A stretch of DNA of 64,000 nt from an uncultured Candidatus Binatia bacterium (GCA_965218425.1 OZ244621.1:2080001-2144000); one strand, 5' to 3'. Counted from the stretch's first letter, positions 9,777 through 20,066 are shown. The notes: generated by a model from the sequence alone, not told the origin. Numbers and translations are program-made.

Positions 9777-9980
9777 ATGACCGGAACGATTAAGAAACTG
9801 GCGCGGGATAAAGGTTTTGGCTTCATTGTCCCCGATGATGGCGGCGATGATGTGTTTTTTCATCGGGGCAGTCTAGCTCCTAGAGGCCAATTTGAGGATA
9901 TCGACGAGGGGGACAGCGTACAGTTTCAGACTCGTAAAGGTGAAAAAGGTCCGGTGGCTTTTGATTTAAAAGTTCGATAG
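9777..9980 (+). CDS. Cold-shock domain protein
   Basis: MTGTIK...KGFGFI...DVFFH RNP1/RNP2 motifs, KGPVA. Confidence 0.92.
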   Translation: MTGTIKKLARDKGFGFIVPDDGGDDVFFHRGSLAPRGQFEDIDEGDSVQFQTRKGEKGPVAFDLKVR

Positions 9981-10003
9981 CAAACGCCAAAGGAGGCTTA
10001 GCC

Positions 10004-10489
10004 ATGGAGGAAGGCGCGAAAAAGACGGCATTGCGCATGATCCCGTATGGGATGTTCGTTTTGACTACGAAGGACGGTGACGGGAAAGATGTGAGCGCGG
10101 CCACCATTAACTGGGCGACACAGACTTCGTTCAAGCCGCCCCTGGTGGCCATTGGGGTCAAGGCCGACTCCGGTGTCCACCGGCATATCAAAGGCACCAG
10201 CGTCTTTGCTGTTAACGTGATTGGAAAGGATCAAAAAGATTTGGCCTTTAACTTCTTCAAACCTCACCAAGTTCAGGGGGACACCATCGGTGGCGAGAAA
10301 TTTCAGCTTGGTAAAGAAACCGGTTGTCCGTTGCTGCTAAATTCACCTGCATGGTGGGAGTGCAAGGTGGTGGGGGAAGTGGCAAAGGGAGATCATACCC
10401 TGTTTGTGGGGGAAGTGGTGGATGCAGGTGTGCGACGGGAGGACCAGACAATTCTGATGCGAGACCACGGCCTTAACTACGGTGGTTAG
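10004..10489 (+). CDS. Flavin reductase-like FMN-binding protein
   Basis: ALRMIPYG, SFKPPLV, GDHTLFVGEVV; AGGAGG RBS. Confidence 0.9.
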   Translation: MEEGAKKTALRMIPYGMFVLTTKDGDGKDVSAATINWATQTSFKPPLVAIGVKADSGVHRHIKGTSVFAVNVIGKDQKDLAFNFFKPHQVQGDTIGGEKFQLGKETGCPLLLNSPAWWECKVVGEVAKGDHTLFVGEVVDAGVRREDQTILMRDHGLNYGG

Positions 10490-11366
10490 GTGGGCCCGCC
10501 CCGTTGCGATCGGATGGCCAGCTTGGTTGCAGCAAATGCCATTGGGTCGGGGCTTCCCGCACCATGGCTTCAAGAGCATGGGCGAGGCGTTGAGTTCGTA
10601 TTCGTAGGCGCTGTTCGAGACTTCCTGTGGTGGCTGGTTCAAGGGACGGGTAGACAACGGTCCGGTGGCCACACTCGGGTTGAAAATAGACAGCCAGGGG
10701 GAAAATAGGGGCCCCTGTCAGTTGTGCCAATGTGGCCGGGCCCGCGGGGAGCGTGGTTTCCTCGTTAAAGAACTGGACGGGGACTCCGGTGCCGGTGACG
10801 TCGCGATCGCTCAGGAGCGCCACCGCTCCTCCGGCCCGCAATCTCTTCACTAAAGCCCATGTGGAGGTGCCGCTTTCATCCGCAAAAAACACCTCGATTC
10901 CCAATTCCCTCTGCAACTCCACGACATATTCTCTAGTGCGTCGGCGGCCCGGGACCTGGACCACAACGGTGAGAGGGATCTGCTCCCGTAGTGCCACGGG
11001 TCCTGCCATGTCCCAGTTGCCCAGATGAGGGAAGGCCAGTATCATTCCCCGACCTAGGTCTCGAGCCTTGCGTAGTTGTTCGATTCCGTCAACTGTGATG
11101 TAATGGTCCACCTCCTTGACCCCGTGAGATCGGGTCCAGAATATCTCAGCCCAGTAGCGACCGTAATTGGCGAACACCTCTCTGGCTGCCTCACCGGGAT
11201 CGGCTCCGGATCCCAGCACCCGCCCCATATGTCGCATGGCCATTCGCATCCGTCGCCGGCAAAAATAGGAGGCAAGATAACCGCAGAAACGGCCCAATTT
11301 TATGGCAACAGGCTCAGACAGAAGTCCCGTCATGCCTGTTACGCTACGGATAAATAAATAATTCAC
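10473..11366 (-). CDS. PatA-like acyltransferase (phosphatidylinositol mannoside / lipid A acyltransferase family)
   Basis: YGRYWAE, LAFPHLGNWDMAG, LLSDRD...GVPVQFF.EETTLPAGPA, QWHLLQP.WPSD; GTG at 11366 chosen, start uncertain. Confidence 0.8.
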   Translation of the reverse strand: MNYLFIRSVTGMTGLLSEPVAIKLGRFCGYLASYFCRRRMRMAMRHMGRVLGSGADPGEAAREVFANYGRYWAEIFWTRSHGVKEVDHYITVDGIEQLRKARDLGRGMILAFPHLGNWDMAGPVALREQIPLTVVVQVPGRRRTREYVVELQRELGIEVFFADESGTSTWALVKRLRAGGAVALLSDRDVTGTGVPVQFFNEETTLPAGPATLAQLTGAPIFPLAVYFQPECGHRTVVYPSLEPATTGSLEQRLRIRTQRLAHALEAMVREAPTQWHLLQPSWPSDRNGAGPPNHRS

Positions 11367-11806
11367 AAGGTTAATCTCGTTAAGACCGTCGGGTCCCAAT
11401 CTAGTGGAAAGGCAGCAAGACGGTGAGGAAAGTGAGCCCTGAGATCGAACACATTCGATTTCCCTCGTACGGCCTGCTGAACTAACTCTATCCATATCAT
11501 ATTAGATCTTTGTTGACACCCACCAGGATGAGCAGGTAGTTTCCCGACTTGAACAGGTGGTTCTTGAAGTAAGTGGCCATAAGGCGACCGAGGGGTGAGT
11601 TCTGAAGAGCGCGGGCACAGGAACGTAGAGGTTGCGTTCAGGCCCGGGCGGCGAAAATCGCCGCCTTTGGAGTGGACAGGGTGGTGGCCTGCAAGGCACT
11701 GGCGCATTGCCCGGACTCGCAAGAGCTCGGCCCGAGGGTGCCCGGCTACATCATTTGTCTAGATACTGACGAACTCGATAGCTCAGTTAAAGGGAGGTTC
11801 TTCGTG

Positions 11807-13219
11807 ATGAAGATGTTTTTGGCAGGTCAGTGGGTAGAAAAACCGAGAGTGATTGAGGTGAAAAATCCCTACGACGGCACATTGATCGACACGGCGCCCA
11901 GAGGGGAAGGGTCCGATGTAGAACGTGCACTTGCCTTCGCCGAACAGGGGGCCAAGGTCATGGCGAGGCTGTCCGCCTATGAACGCTGGCGAATCCTCAG
12001 GAAAACGGCCGATCTGATTGCGGCGCGCACCGAAGAATTGGGACAGATAATATCGAAGGAAGAGGGGAAGATCATCGCCGAAGGTCGCGCAGAGGCTGGA
12101 CGAGCGGTGGAGACTCTTATGGGTTCGGCGGAGGAGGCAAAGAGGATCCATGGAGAGACCATCCCCCTGGATGGGGACCCAAGCGGTGTCAAAAAGCTAG
12201 GATTTACCCTGAGGGTGCCGTGTGGCGTGGTGGCGGCCATTAGCCCCTTTAACTTTCCCTTGAATTTGGTTTGTCATAAAGTTGGGCCAGCCCTGGCCGC
12301 GGGCAACTCGGTAATCATCAAGCCGGCAACGGATACGCCCCTCTCTGCCCTCAAACTCACCGAGATCCTCCTGGAAGCGGGGCTCCCCCCTGAAGGCGTA
12401 CAGTGCATTACCGGCCCGGGCGGCGAAATCGGTGATCGGCTGGTTTCAGATCATCGAGTGCGCAAGATTACCTTTACGGGCAGCCGGGACGTTGGGGAGC
12501 GGATTTGCCGCCTTGCGGGAATCAAGAAGGTGACCATGGAACTTGGTTCCAATTGTCCTTTGATCGTCATGCCGGACGCCGACCTGGAAAAAGTGGCTGC
12601 GGCCGTCGCTTCCACCGGGTATGCCAATGCCGGCCAGGTTTGCATTTCAACCCAGAGGGTCATCACGGCGGGCAAGGTCTATAGTGATTTTCTCAAAGTC
12701 TTAAATTCCAGGGTGGACGGCCTCACGACTGGAAACCAACTGGATGAAAAGACCAAGGTGGGTCCCATGATTCGTGAGGATGACGCCATCCGTGTGGATC
12801 AGTGGGTGCGGGAGGCCGTGGGAGGCGGGGCCCGCGTAACGGCAGGTGGGCGGAGACAGGGCGCCGTATACGCACCTACGGTGGTGGCCGATGTCAATCC
12901 GGAAATGCGAATTTCTTCCGATGAGCTGTTCGGCCCGGCGGTGGCGGTGACACCCTTCGAATCCATTGAGGAAGCCCTAGAGCTGGCAAACCGTACCGTC
13001 TACGGTCTGTCCGCCGGCATATTTACCGAAAACCTTGACTGGGCCATGAGATTCGCCCGGGAAGCGGAGTCGGGAAATCTTCACATCAACTGGGGCCCCC
13101 AATGGCGCGCGGACCTAATGCCTTATGGAGGGTTAAAGGATTCGGGATTTGGCAAAGAGGGACCCCGTTACGCCGTGGAAGAGATGACGGAACTAAAAAT
13201 GGTGGTCTTTCACCTATAG
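11807..13219 (+). CDS. NAD(P)-dependent aldehyde dehydrogenase
   Basis: SPFNFPLNL, KPA, FTGS, MELGSN, AGQVCIS (catalytic Cys), ELFGP, PYGGLKDSG; GGAGG RBS. Confidence 0.92.
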   Translation: MKMFLAGQWVEKPRVIEVKNPYDGTLIDTAPRGEGSDVERALAFAEQGAKVMARLSAYERWRILRKTADLIAARTEELGQIISKEEGKIIAEGRAEAGRAVETLMGSAEEAKRIHGETIPLDGDPSGVKKLGFTLRVPCGVVAAISPFNFPLNLVCHKVGPALAAGNSVIIKPATDTPLSALKLTEILLEAGLPPEGVQCITGPGGEIGDRLVSDHRVRKITFTGSRDVGERICRLAGIKKVTMELGSNCPLIVMPDADLEKVAAAVASTGYANAGQVCISTQRVITAGKVYSDFLKVLNSRVDGLTTGNQLDEKTKVGPMIREDDAIRVDQWVREAVGGGARVTAGGRRQGAVYAPTVVADVNPEMRISSDELFGPAVAVTPFESIEEALELANRTVYGLSAGIFTENLDWAMRFAREAESGNLHINWGPQWRADLMPYGGLKDSGFGKEGPRYAVEEMTELKMVVFHL

Positions 13220-13235
13220 CGCGGAGACTCTAACG

Positions 13236-14687
13236 GTGAAGGATATAGACCGGATAGCCAAGGAGCTGCTTGCTGTGGTTGGCAAGGACGGGGTTGTGGT
13301 GGACCCCGATGAGCTCAGGGTCTACGAAACGGATGGTTTGACTGTTTTTAAAGCCCGTCCAGACATCGTCGTTCTGCCGCGCTCTGCAGAGGAAGTTGGC
13401 AGGGTGGTGGAGGTCTGTCACCGAGAGCGATGCCCCTTCGTGGCGAGGGGCGCGGGGACCGGGTTGTCTGGGGGCGCCCTCCCGTTGGATGGTGGAGTCT
13501 TGATCGGTCTCAACCGTGTCAACCGGATCTTAGAAATCGACTTGAGGGATCAGCGCGCCGTGGTGGAGCCCGGTATGGTCAATATCTGGCTTACGAATTC
13601 TCTCGCACCGCGGAACTACTATTATTCTCCCGATCCGGCCAGCCAGACCGCATGCAGTATAGGGGGCAACGTGGCAGAAAACTCCGGGGGGCCCCGCACG
13701 CCGAAGTATGGCGTCACCACCAATCACGTCCTCGGCTTGGAAGTGATCCTCCCCACGGGCAAAGTGGTTCAAATTGGAGGAAAGACCTTGGATCCCCCTG
13801 GCTATGATTTGACCGGGGTCTTTGTGGGTTCCGAGGGGACCCTAGGGATTGCCAGTAAGGTAATCGTGCGTATTATGCGCAAACCGGAAGCGGTTCAAAC
13901 TCTGTTGGGCGTCTTCGAGACCATTGAAGATGCCTCCGCCGCCGTTTCCGGGATCGTGGCCCGAGGGATTGTTCCGGCAGCCGTGGAGATGATGGATAAC
14001 CTGAGTATACGGGCCGTAGAGAAGGGAGTGGGCGCGGGCTATCCCCTCAATGCGGGGGCGGTTTTACTCATCGAAGTGGACGGGCCGAAAGATGAAGTGG
14101 CGGCCGTGGTGGACCCCATAATTGAGGTCTGCCGAGAAAACCGAGTGCGAGAAGTGAGAGTGGCCAAAGATGAAAATGATCGATTGCAACTCTGGAAGGG
14201 TCGAAAATCCGCCTTTGCCTCAATGGGTCGGTTGGGTCCCGATTACTATGTCCAGGACACCGTCATCCCGAGGACGAAGCTCCCTCCCATCATGAAGATG
14301 ATCGAGGAGCTTTCCCGAAAGTATGGCCTGCGAGTTGCCAATGTGTTTCACGCAGGTGACGGCAACCTCCATCCCCTGATGCTCTACGACTCTCGCAACG
14401 AAGGGGAACTGCGCAAGGCGGAGGAAATGGGAAGCGAGATTATTAGGGCCTGTATCGATATGGGAGGGAGTCTCACGGGTGAGCACGGCATCGGGCTGGA
14501 GAAACGGGAATACATGCCCATGATGTACACGGATGACGATCTGGAGGCCATGGCCAAGGTCAAAAGAGTCTTTGACCCCGACGGATTGCTGAACCCCGGA
14601 AAGATTTTCCCCTCAACGAACTCGAATCACACGACAGGGATATCGACGCAAAGTGATATTTTGCACAGGGTGTTGGGACACCATTAA
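13236..14687 (+). CDS. glcD: Glycolate oxidase subunit D (FAD-linked)
   Basis: ARGAGTGLSGG, PDPASQ, GSEGTLG, FHAGDGNLHP, GEHGIG. Confidence 0.88.
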   Translation: MKDIDRIAKELLAVVGKDGVVVDPDELRVYETDGLTVFKARPDIVVLPRSAEEVGRVVEVCHRERCPFVARGAGTGLSGGALPLDGGVLIGLNRVNRILEIDLRDQRAVVEPGMVNIWLTNSLAPRNYYYSPDPASQTACSIGGNVAENSGGPRTPKYGVTTNHVLGLEVILPTGKVVQIGGKTLDPPGYDLTGVFVGSEGTLGIASKVIVRIMRKPEAVQTLLGVFETIEDASAAVSGIVARGIVPAAVEMMDNLSIRAVEKGVGAGYPLNAGAVLLIEVDGPKDEVAAVVDPIIEVCRENRVREVRVAKDENDRLQLWKGRKSAFASMGRLGPDYYVQDTVIPRTKLPPIMKMIEELSRKYGLRVANVFHAGDGNLHPLMLYDSRNEGELRKAEEMGSEIIRACIDMGGSLTGEHGIGLEKREYMPMMYTDDDLEAMAKVKRVFDPDGLLNPGKIFPSTNSNHTTGISTQSDILHRVLGHH

Positions 14688-14696
14688 GCGTCAATC

Positions 14697-16055
14697 GTGC
14701 ACTCTCAAAAGAAACTGCTGGGACGATTGAACGAAATTGTGGGCGAGGCGAATGTTGTGGCAGGTGATGGGGTTTCCGCCTGCGCTGTTGATGGAAAAGT
14801 GCCTCAGGCCATGGCCTTCCCGGCATCGGTGGAAGAAGTCTCAGCGCTCATGGCCTTTGCCTCGACTGAAGGGCTTAGGGTAACCCCGTGGGGGAGTGGA
14901 ACGAAGATCAGCCTCGGAACGGCTCCAGATGGAGTTGATCTTGTCCTTGGTCTTTTCCGCCTCAGCGCATTGGTGGCCCACGAACCGGCCGATATGACTG
15001 CCACCTTCCAAGCGGGCATCGCACTCAGAGAGGCACAGGAGATGCTCGCACATAGCGGACAGTTTATCGCCCTCGATCCCCCATATTTCGAAAAGGCAAC
15101 CATCGGTGGGATCTTGGCGACCAATTCCAGCGGGCCTCGGAGGCTTCGCTATGGAAGTGCCAGGGATCTATTGATTGCCGTCCGGGTCGTGCAAGCCGAC
15201 GGCAAGATCATCAAAGGCGGGGCGAAGGTGGTGAAGAGTGTTAGTGGCTACGACATGAATAAGCTTTTTATCGGCTCGCTGGGGACCTTGGGGATAATCG
15301 CGGAAGCCACCTTCCGGCTATACCCGGTTCCCAACGTTGAAAAGACCTGCCTGATTCCATTTGCTTCAGTGGATGGCGCATGTGAAGTGGTTGCCAGGGT
15401 TCTCGATTCTTCCCTGCTTCCCTCTGCCGTGGAGCTGCTCTGCCCCGTGGCCTCGCGTCTGGCGGTTGGTCCGGCGGGTCTTTCTTGGCCGCAAGATCGT
15501 TATGGCCTGGCGCTGGCCATCGGTAGCGTGAGTCCAGAGGCGGTTGACGCCCAGCTCGAAGGAGTGGCGCGGATCTCCGGAAATGATCAGGGCAACGAGG
15601 GGTACAGATTGGAGGGCCGGGACCATGATTCCTTCTGGCGGGCGACATGCGGGATTTCCATGGGAGATCACTTCCAAACCGTCCTCAAGTCAAGTGTCCT
15701 CATAAGTCGAGTAGCCGACGCGGTGAGGTTAGGGCAAAATTTGGCTGCGCACCTGGGTCTGGACGTTGCCATCGTAGCCGAGGCGGGTTCTGGAATCGTC
15801 CGATACCATTTTGCCCGTCAAGGGGACGCCTCCCTTGGGCTTCATCAAGGGGTCGGCGAAGCCGTGAATCAGCTTCGAACCTTCGCTCAAGACTGTGGAG
15901 GGAGCCTCGTCGTTACCGAGGCGCCGCCCGATGTAAAAGGTGATGTCGATGTCTGGGGTCCGGTGGGGAGCGCTCTTCTTTTAATGCAGGGGCTTAAAAG
16001 GCAGTTCGATCCAAAAAGAATTTTGAATCCGGGAAGATTCGTGGGAGGAATCTAA
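14697..16055 (+). CDS. glcE: Glycolate oxidase subunit E (FAD-binding)
   Basis: ATIGGILATNSSGPRRLRYG, GAKVVK..GYDMNKLFIGSLGTLG, FDPKRILNPGRF. Confidence 0.85.
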   Translation: MHSQKKLLGRLNEIVGEANVVAGDGVSACAVDGKVPQAMAFPASVEEVSALMAFASTEGLRVTPWGSGTKISLGTAPDGVDLVLGLFRLSALVAHEPADMTATFQAGIALREAQEMLAHSGQFIALDPPYFEKATIGGILATNSSGPRRLRYGSARDLLIAVRVVQADGKIIKGGAKVVKSVSGYDMNKLFIGSLGTLGIIAEATFRLYPVPNVEKTCLIPFASVDGACEVVARVLDSSLLPSAVELLCPVASRLAVGPAGLSWPQDRYGLALAIGSVSPEAVDAQLEGVARISGNDQGNEGYRLEGRDHDSFWRATCGISMGDHFQTVLKSSVLISRVADAVRLGQNLAAHLGLDVAIVAEAGSGIVRYHFARQGDASLGLHQGVGEAVNQLRTFAQDCGGSLVVTEAPPDVKGDVDVWGPVGSALLLMQGLKRQFDPKRILNPGRFVGGI

Positions 16056-16104
16056 CGCAAGACAGATAGCGGTAAGGCGCCGGTCGGTTCTGAGTAGCGA
16101 GTTT

Positions 16105-16420
16105 GTATACTACTTAGGTTCTCCTCGGGGAGCGATTCTCCGGCCGTGGGCAACAGGCCGGTGAATATCTGAAGCTTCACGTTCGATGCCCACGGCCTTA
16201 CGTCTCGCTCCCCTGCGTCGCTGATTGCCATCGGGCGCAGGGGGCCCGGCGCGAAGAAAGGGAGACGTCCGATACTGGAGGTTCGAAGCGCATTGGCATG
16301 ACGGATAAAATGACGCGGCCTCGAGGCATGAACCTGTCGGCTCCCGCTGAGGGCAGGCCCCCGAGCCCAGAAATTCGCGGTTTTGTAAACGGCGCGCTGA
16401 GCGGGTTTGGGGCTGAACGC
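16105..16420. other. GC-rich structured intergenic element between glcE and glcF
   Basis: Nested inverted repeats GGGGAGCGA (16127-16135)/TCGCTCCCC (16205-16213) and GGCCGTGGGCA (16142-16152)/TGCCCACGGCC (16187-16197); no credible ORF; boundaries approximate. Confidence 0.5.
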
Positions 16421-16449
16421 TGAGGGCTGGACCAAGAGCGCCAAGAATA

Positions 16450-16700
16450 GATTTCAATACAAATTCGAATAACCAAAGTACAAAACAAAAGTATCAACCG
16501 GTTTGTCTTAAGTAGCCGTCTTTTCGTACTTGCAAGAAATGTCAGAGCGCTTGTTCAATGTTTTGAGCATTAATCATTTGAGATTGTGGAATTGTTTAGG
16601 AATTCGTGCTTCGAGTTTGGGATGTTGACTCGAGGCGGTCTTCGCGCGGAATACTTTAGCGAGGTCGTTCTGTTTAACATCCAATCGGCAGAGAGCTAAA
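16450..16700. repeat. AT-rich palindromic dispersed repeat, copy B
   Basis: 16592-16626 aligns with 4402-4436 (about 27/35 identities by eye) and similarity continues downstream. Confidence 0.6.
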
Positions 16701-16703
16701 AAT

Positions 16704-18005
16704 ATGGACCAACGTGAGCAGCCCGCAAGCGCCTTCCATCGGCTGGACCGGCCTGACTCCGAGCTCTACTTGGACTGTGTGCACTGCGGATTCTGTCTTC
16801 CCGCCTGTCCCACCTATCTCGTGCTCGGTAACGAGATGGACAATCCGAGGGGGCGCATCTATCTCATCCGGGCGGCTTCAGAGGGTAAGATCAAGATCAC
16901 CGACAACTTCGTCAAGCATATGGATCTCTGTCTGCTCTGTCGTAATTGCGAGACGGCCTGTCCCTCCGGGGTGAAGTTTGGTTTCCTTATGGAGTCGGCC
17001 AAGGGGCAAATTGAAACCCATTATAAGTACGCTCCTGTGGAACGATGGTTCCGTGAATTCATCCTCGGCACCTTTACCCACATAGGTCGTTTAAACGCCA
17101 TGAGCAGACTGCTGCGTTATTATCAGAGATCTGGACTCCAGAGAGTAGTGCGGAGCTCTGGGTTATTGAACCTGTTGGGCCGGGCGGGTCGGATGGAAGC
17201 CCTTCTTCCTCCCGTTGCCAAAGTGAGCGAGGATCTGCCTGCGGTGATGCCTGCCCGAGGTGAGAGCCGTGGCCGGGTGGGTCTCCTGCTGGGATGCGTC
17301 CAACGTTATTTTTTCCCCGGGGTGAATATTGCAACGGCGCGGGCCTTGAGGGAGTACGGGTATGACGTCGTGGTGCCGAAGCGGCAGGGCTGCTGCGGCT
17401 CGCTTCTTGTCCACGAAGGCGCGAGGGAAAGGGCCAAGGAGTTGGCAAAGAAAACCATGGATGTCTTTGAACAGTCGGGAGTGGACATGATCGCAGTCAA
17501 CGCTGCGGGGTGCGGCTCGGTTATGAAAGAGTACTGGGAACTGTTCCAAGGCGACCCGGCCTACTCTCAAAGGGCCGAAGCCTTTAGTAAGAGGGTGTTT
17601 GACGTGTCCCAGATCCTGGCCCAACAACCCCTTGCCGTGGGTCTTGGAAGGCTTGACCTTACGGTCACCTATCATGACGCCTGCCATCTCGCCCATGGGC
17701 AGAGGGTTAGGCAGGAACCCAGGTCCCTCTTGCAGGCAATTCCCGGGCTTCGACTCGTGGAGCTTAGGGAGTCTGACTTCTGTTGTGGTAGCGCAGGAAT
17801 CTACAATCTACTTCACCCGGAATTGGCCCAGGAGTTCCTCCATAGAAAGATCGAGCGAATCAAAGAAACGGGCGCCGATGTGGTGGTGAGCGGTAATCCG
17901 GGTTGCTCTCTCCAGATGGAAATGGGCCTGAAACAACAGGGCATGAACCTTGCGGTGCTGCATCCAGTGGAGCTTATCGACCGGTCGTTACATGGCAAGG
18001 GGTGA
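16704..18005 (+). CDS. glcF: Glycolate oxidase iron-sulfur subunit
   Basis: CVHCGFCLPACPTY, CLLCRNCETACPSG, two CCG domains, YHDACHLAH. Confidence 0.9.
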   Translation: MDQREQPASAFHRLDRPDSELYLDCVHCGFCLPACPTYLVLGNEMDNPRGRIYLIRAASEGKIKITDNFVKHMDLCLLCRNCETACPSGVKFGFLMESAKGQIETHYKYAPVERWFREFILGTFTHIGRLNAMSRLLRYYQRSGLQRVVRSSGLLNLLGRAGRMEALLPPVAKVSEDLPAVMPARGESRGRVGLLLGCVQRYFFPGVNIATARALREYGYDVVVPKRQGCCGSLLVHEGARERAKELAKKTMDVFEQSGVDMIAVNAAGCGSVMKEYWELFQGDPAYSQRAEAFSKRVFDVSQILAQQPLAVGLGRLDLTVTYHDACHLAHGQRVRQEPRSLLQAIPGLRLVELRESDFCCGSAGIYNLLHPELAQEFLHRKIERIKETGADVVVSGNPGCSLQMEMGLKQQGMNLAVLHPVELIDRSLHGKG

Positions 18006-18009
18006 GGAA

Positions 18010-18288
18010 ATGTATAAAGCTATCGATCTTTCAAAGGCCGTGCCTCCGAACACGGTAGCCATAACCTTTCGTTACGAGATCACAAGCGGCGCTGAAGAAG
18101 CGCTCCCTGTGGCCTGGCTGGCGGACAACGTCCATGGAGAGAACCCCATCCGTTTGGCCGGTGGTTCTGGCCGTGTTACAGTCCGTTTGCAGACGTCGCA
18201 AAAACTCTACTACAACCTTGCCGGTTTGCCCTCCCACCTGAACCTGTGGATTGTGGAATGTAGGGAGCTTGGAAGGCAAGCTTGTTAG
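18010..18288 (+). CDS. Hypothetical protein (92 aa)
   Basis: ATG 4 nt after the glcF stop with GAGGA RBS; no recognisable motif. Confidence 0.55.
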   Translation: MYKAIDLSKAVPPNTVAITFRYEITSGAEEALPVAWLADNVHGENPIRLAGGSGRVTVRLQTSQKLYYNLAGLPSHLNLWIVECRELGRQAC

Positions 18289-18343
18289 ACGCTATCTCTT
18301 TTTGAGGTCGATTGATTCCTCCTGCGCAGCAAAAGGATATTGC

Positions 18344-19066
18344 ATGAGGGCGGACGGAAGAAAAGAAAAAGAACTTAGACCGGTCTCCATTACACCGGGT
18401 TTTATTAAGCACGCCGACGGTTCGGCCCTGATTGAGGTGGGTGCTACACGGGTCATCTGCACTGCCAAGGTGGAGAGCAAGGTGCCCGTTTTTCTGCGCA
18501 ACACCGGCAAGGGTTGGATCACCGCAGAGTATGGAATGCTTCCCTCCTCATCACCGGTCCGTATCCCGCGTGAAGCCGCCAGGGGCAGGGTCGGGGGAAG
18601 AACCCACGAAATTCAAAGGCTCATCGGTCGAAGCCTGCGGGCCATCGCCAATCTAGAGTCCTTGGGAGAAAGGACCGTCTGGATCGACTGCGATGTGATT
18701 CAGGCGGACGGCGGCACACGCACGGCATCCATCACCGGGGCCTATGTTGCCCTGGTGGAAGCGGTGCGCCGATCATCGGAAAAGGGGTTCACGGAAGATA
18801 GTCTCATCAAGGATACGGTTGCGGCCGTTAGTGTGGGAATGGTGGACGGCAAGGTGCTTCTAGACCTCAACGCGCAAGAGGACAGTCACGCGGAGGTGGA
18901 CATGAACTTTGTGGTGACCGGATCGGGAAAATTCGTCGAGGTGCAGGGGACGGCGGAACTCACCCCGTTTAGCAAGGCGAAACTGGACCGTATGCTCGAG
19001 GTTGCCCAGAAGGGGATTCGGGAACTTCTGCAGAGGCAACAAAAAGTTCTCAAGTCCGTTGCCTAG
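18344..19066 (+). CDS. rph: Ribonuclease PH
   Basis: [51 protein letters not shown]. Confidence 0.96.
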   Translation: MRADGRKEKELRPVSITPGFIKHADGSALIEVGATRVICTAKVESKVPVFLRNTGKGWITAEYGMLPSSSPVRIPREAARGRVGGRTHEIQRLIGRSLRAIANLESLGERTVWIDCDVIQADGGTRTASITGAYVALVEAVRRSSEKGFTEDSLIKDTVAAVSVGMVDGKVLLDLNAQEDSHAEVDMNFVVTGSGKFVEVQGTAELTPFSKAKLDRMLEVAQKGIRELLQRQQKVLKSVA

Positions 19067-19077
19067 GCCTTGGTTCC

Positions 19078-19692
19078 GTGGCCGTCCTACTAGTGGGAAC
19101 AACCAATGCGGGGAAGCTTCGCGAAGCAACCTCGATCCTGTCCAATCTTCCGTTGCGGCTCCTTTCCCTCGCAGAATTTGTCACCTGGCCAAAGGTGGTG
19201 GAAGACGGCAACAGCTTCGAAGAAAACGCTCTCAAGAAAGCGCGCATCTTGGCTGATTTCTCCGGTTACGTTACCCTGGCGGACGATTCAGGGCTGGAGG
19301 TGAGTGCCCTGGGAGGGGCGCCCGGCGTACGGTCGGCGCGTTTGTGCGGGGAAGAGGGCAACGATGAGAAAAACAACGAGTTGCTGTTGCAAGAATTGGA
19401 CGGGGTTTCGGAGGAAAAGAGAGACGCTCGTTTCGTGTGTGTGATTGCGTTTTGTGAGCCCCGAGCCTCCGGCGGCAAGCAATACCTTTTTCGCGGGGAA
19501 TGCGAGGGAAGGATCGCTTTGTCCCCCAAGGGGGAGGAAGGGTTTGGTTATGATCCGCTCTTTTTCTATCCTCCCATGGGCCTGACCTTTGCCCAACTGG
19601 ACTCGAAAACCAAAAACCGGGTGAGCCATCGCGGAAAGGCACTGAGGAAGCTAAAGGAAGAGCTGCCTTTGCATGTTCCCCTTGGACGGTAA
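19078..19692 (+). CDS. rdgB: dITP/XTP pyrophosphatase (Ham1 family)
   Basis: TTNAGK, FEENALKKA, ADDSGL, GAPGVRSAR, GFGYDPLF, SHRG. Confidence 0.95.
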   Translation: MAVLLVGTTNAGKLREATSILSNLPLRLLSLAEFVTWPKVVEDGNSFEENALKKARILADFSGYVTLADDSGLEVSALGGAPGVRSARLCGEEGNDEKNNELLLQELDGVSEEKRDARFVCVIAFCEPRASGGKQYLFRGECEGRIALSPKGEEGFGYDPLFFYPPMGLTFAQLDSKTKNRVSHRGKALRKLKEELPLHVPLGR

Positions 19693-19944
19693 CCGGCTCT
19701 CCTTCAAGATGATCATTTCTGTCAGAGCTATGGCTGATGTCGGGCGCCAATCTCCCCAGCGTCGCACTCCGGTTTGGGGCGCAGGGGGCCTGGCCGCCGA
19801 GGCTGTCGAAGTTCTTGACCCGTTGGCGCCCCTATATTTGAGATGCAGGCAAACGAACGTTGACCCCGATCATGACCTGTGCACTTTAGTCACTTCCGTT
19901 CTTCGACGGTGCGAAACAGTATTCAATCAGGGTTACCTTCAGGG

Positions 19945-19972
19945 TTGAAATCGTCTCGTCCGAGTGTACAAT
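19945..19972 (+). promoter_or_regulatory. Putative sigma70 promoter for tRNA-Pro/Arg/His
   Basis: TTGAAA-16-TACAAT. Confidence 0.5.
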
Positions 19973-19989
19973 TAGCTGCTTGGTCCTGA

Positions 19990-20066
19990 CGGGGCGTAGC
20001 GCAGCCAGGTAGCGCACCTGCCTTGGGAGCAGGGGGTCGGCCGTTCAAATCGGCTCGCCCCGACCA
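19990..20066 (+). tRNA. tRNA-Pro(TGG)
   Basis: CGGGGCG acceptor, CCTGC-ct-TGG-ga-GCAGG anticodon arm, GTTCAAAT T-loop, CCA. Confidence 0.96.

Noticed and set aside
11500..11780. Coding-like minus-strand fragments (e.g. MATYFKNHLFKSGNYLLILVG)
   Set aside because: Short and broken, with no recognisable family.
19693..19940. Possible GFA-family 3' remnant on the minus strand (MIGVNVR...VKNFD) and a 91-aa plus-strand ORF
   Set aside because: Similarity is too weak and interrupted by a stop; the plus-strand ORF lacks support.
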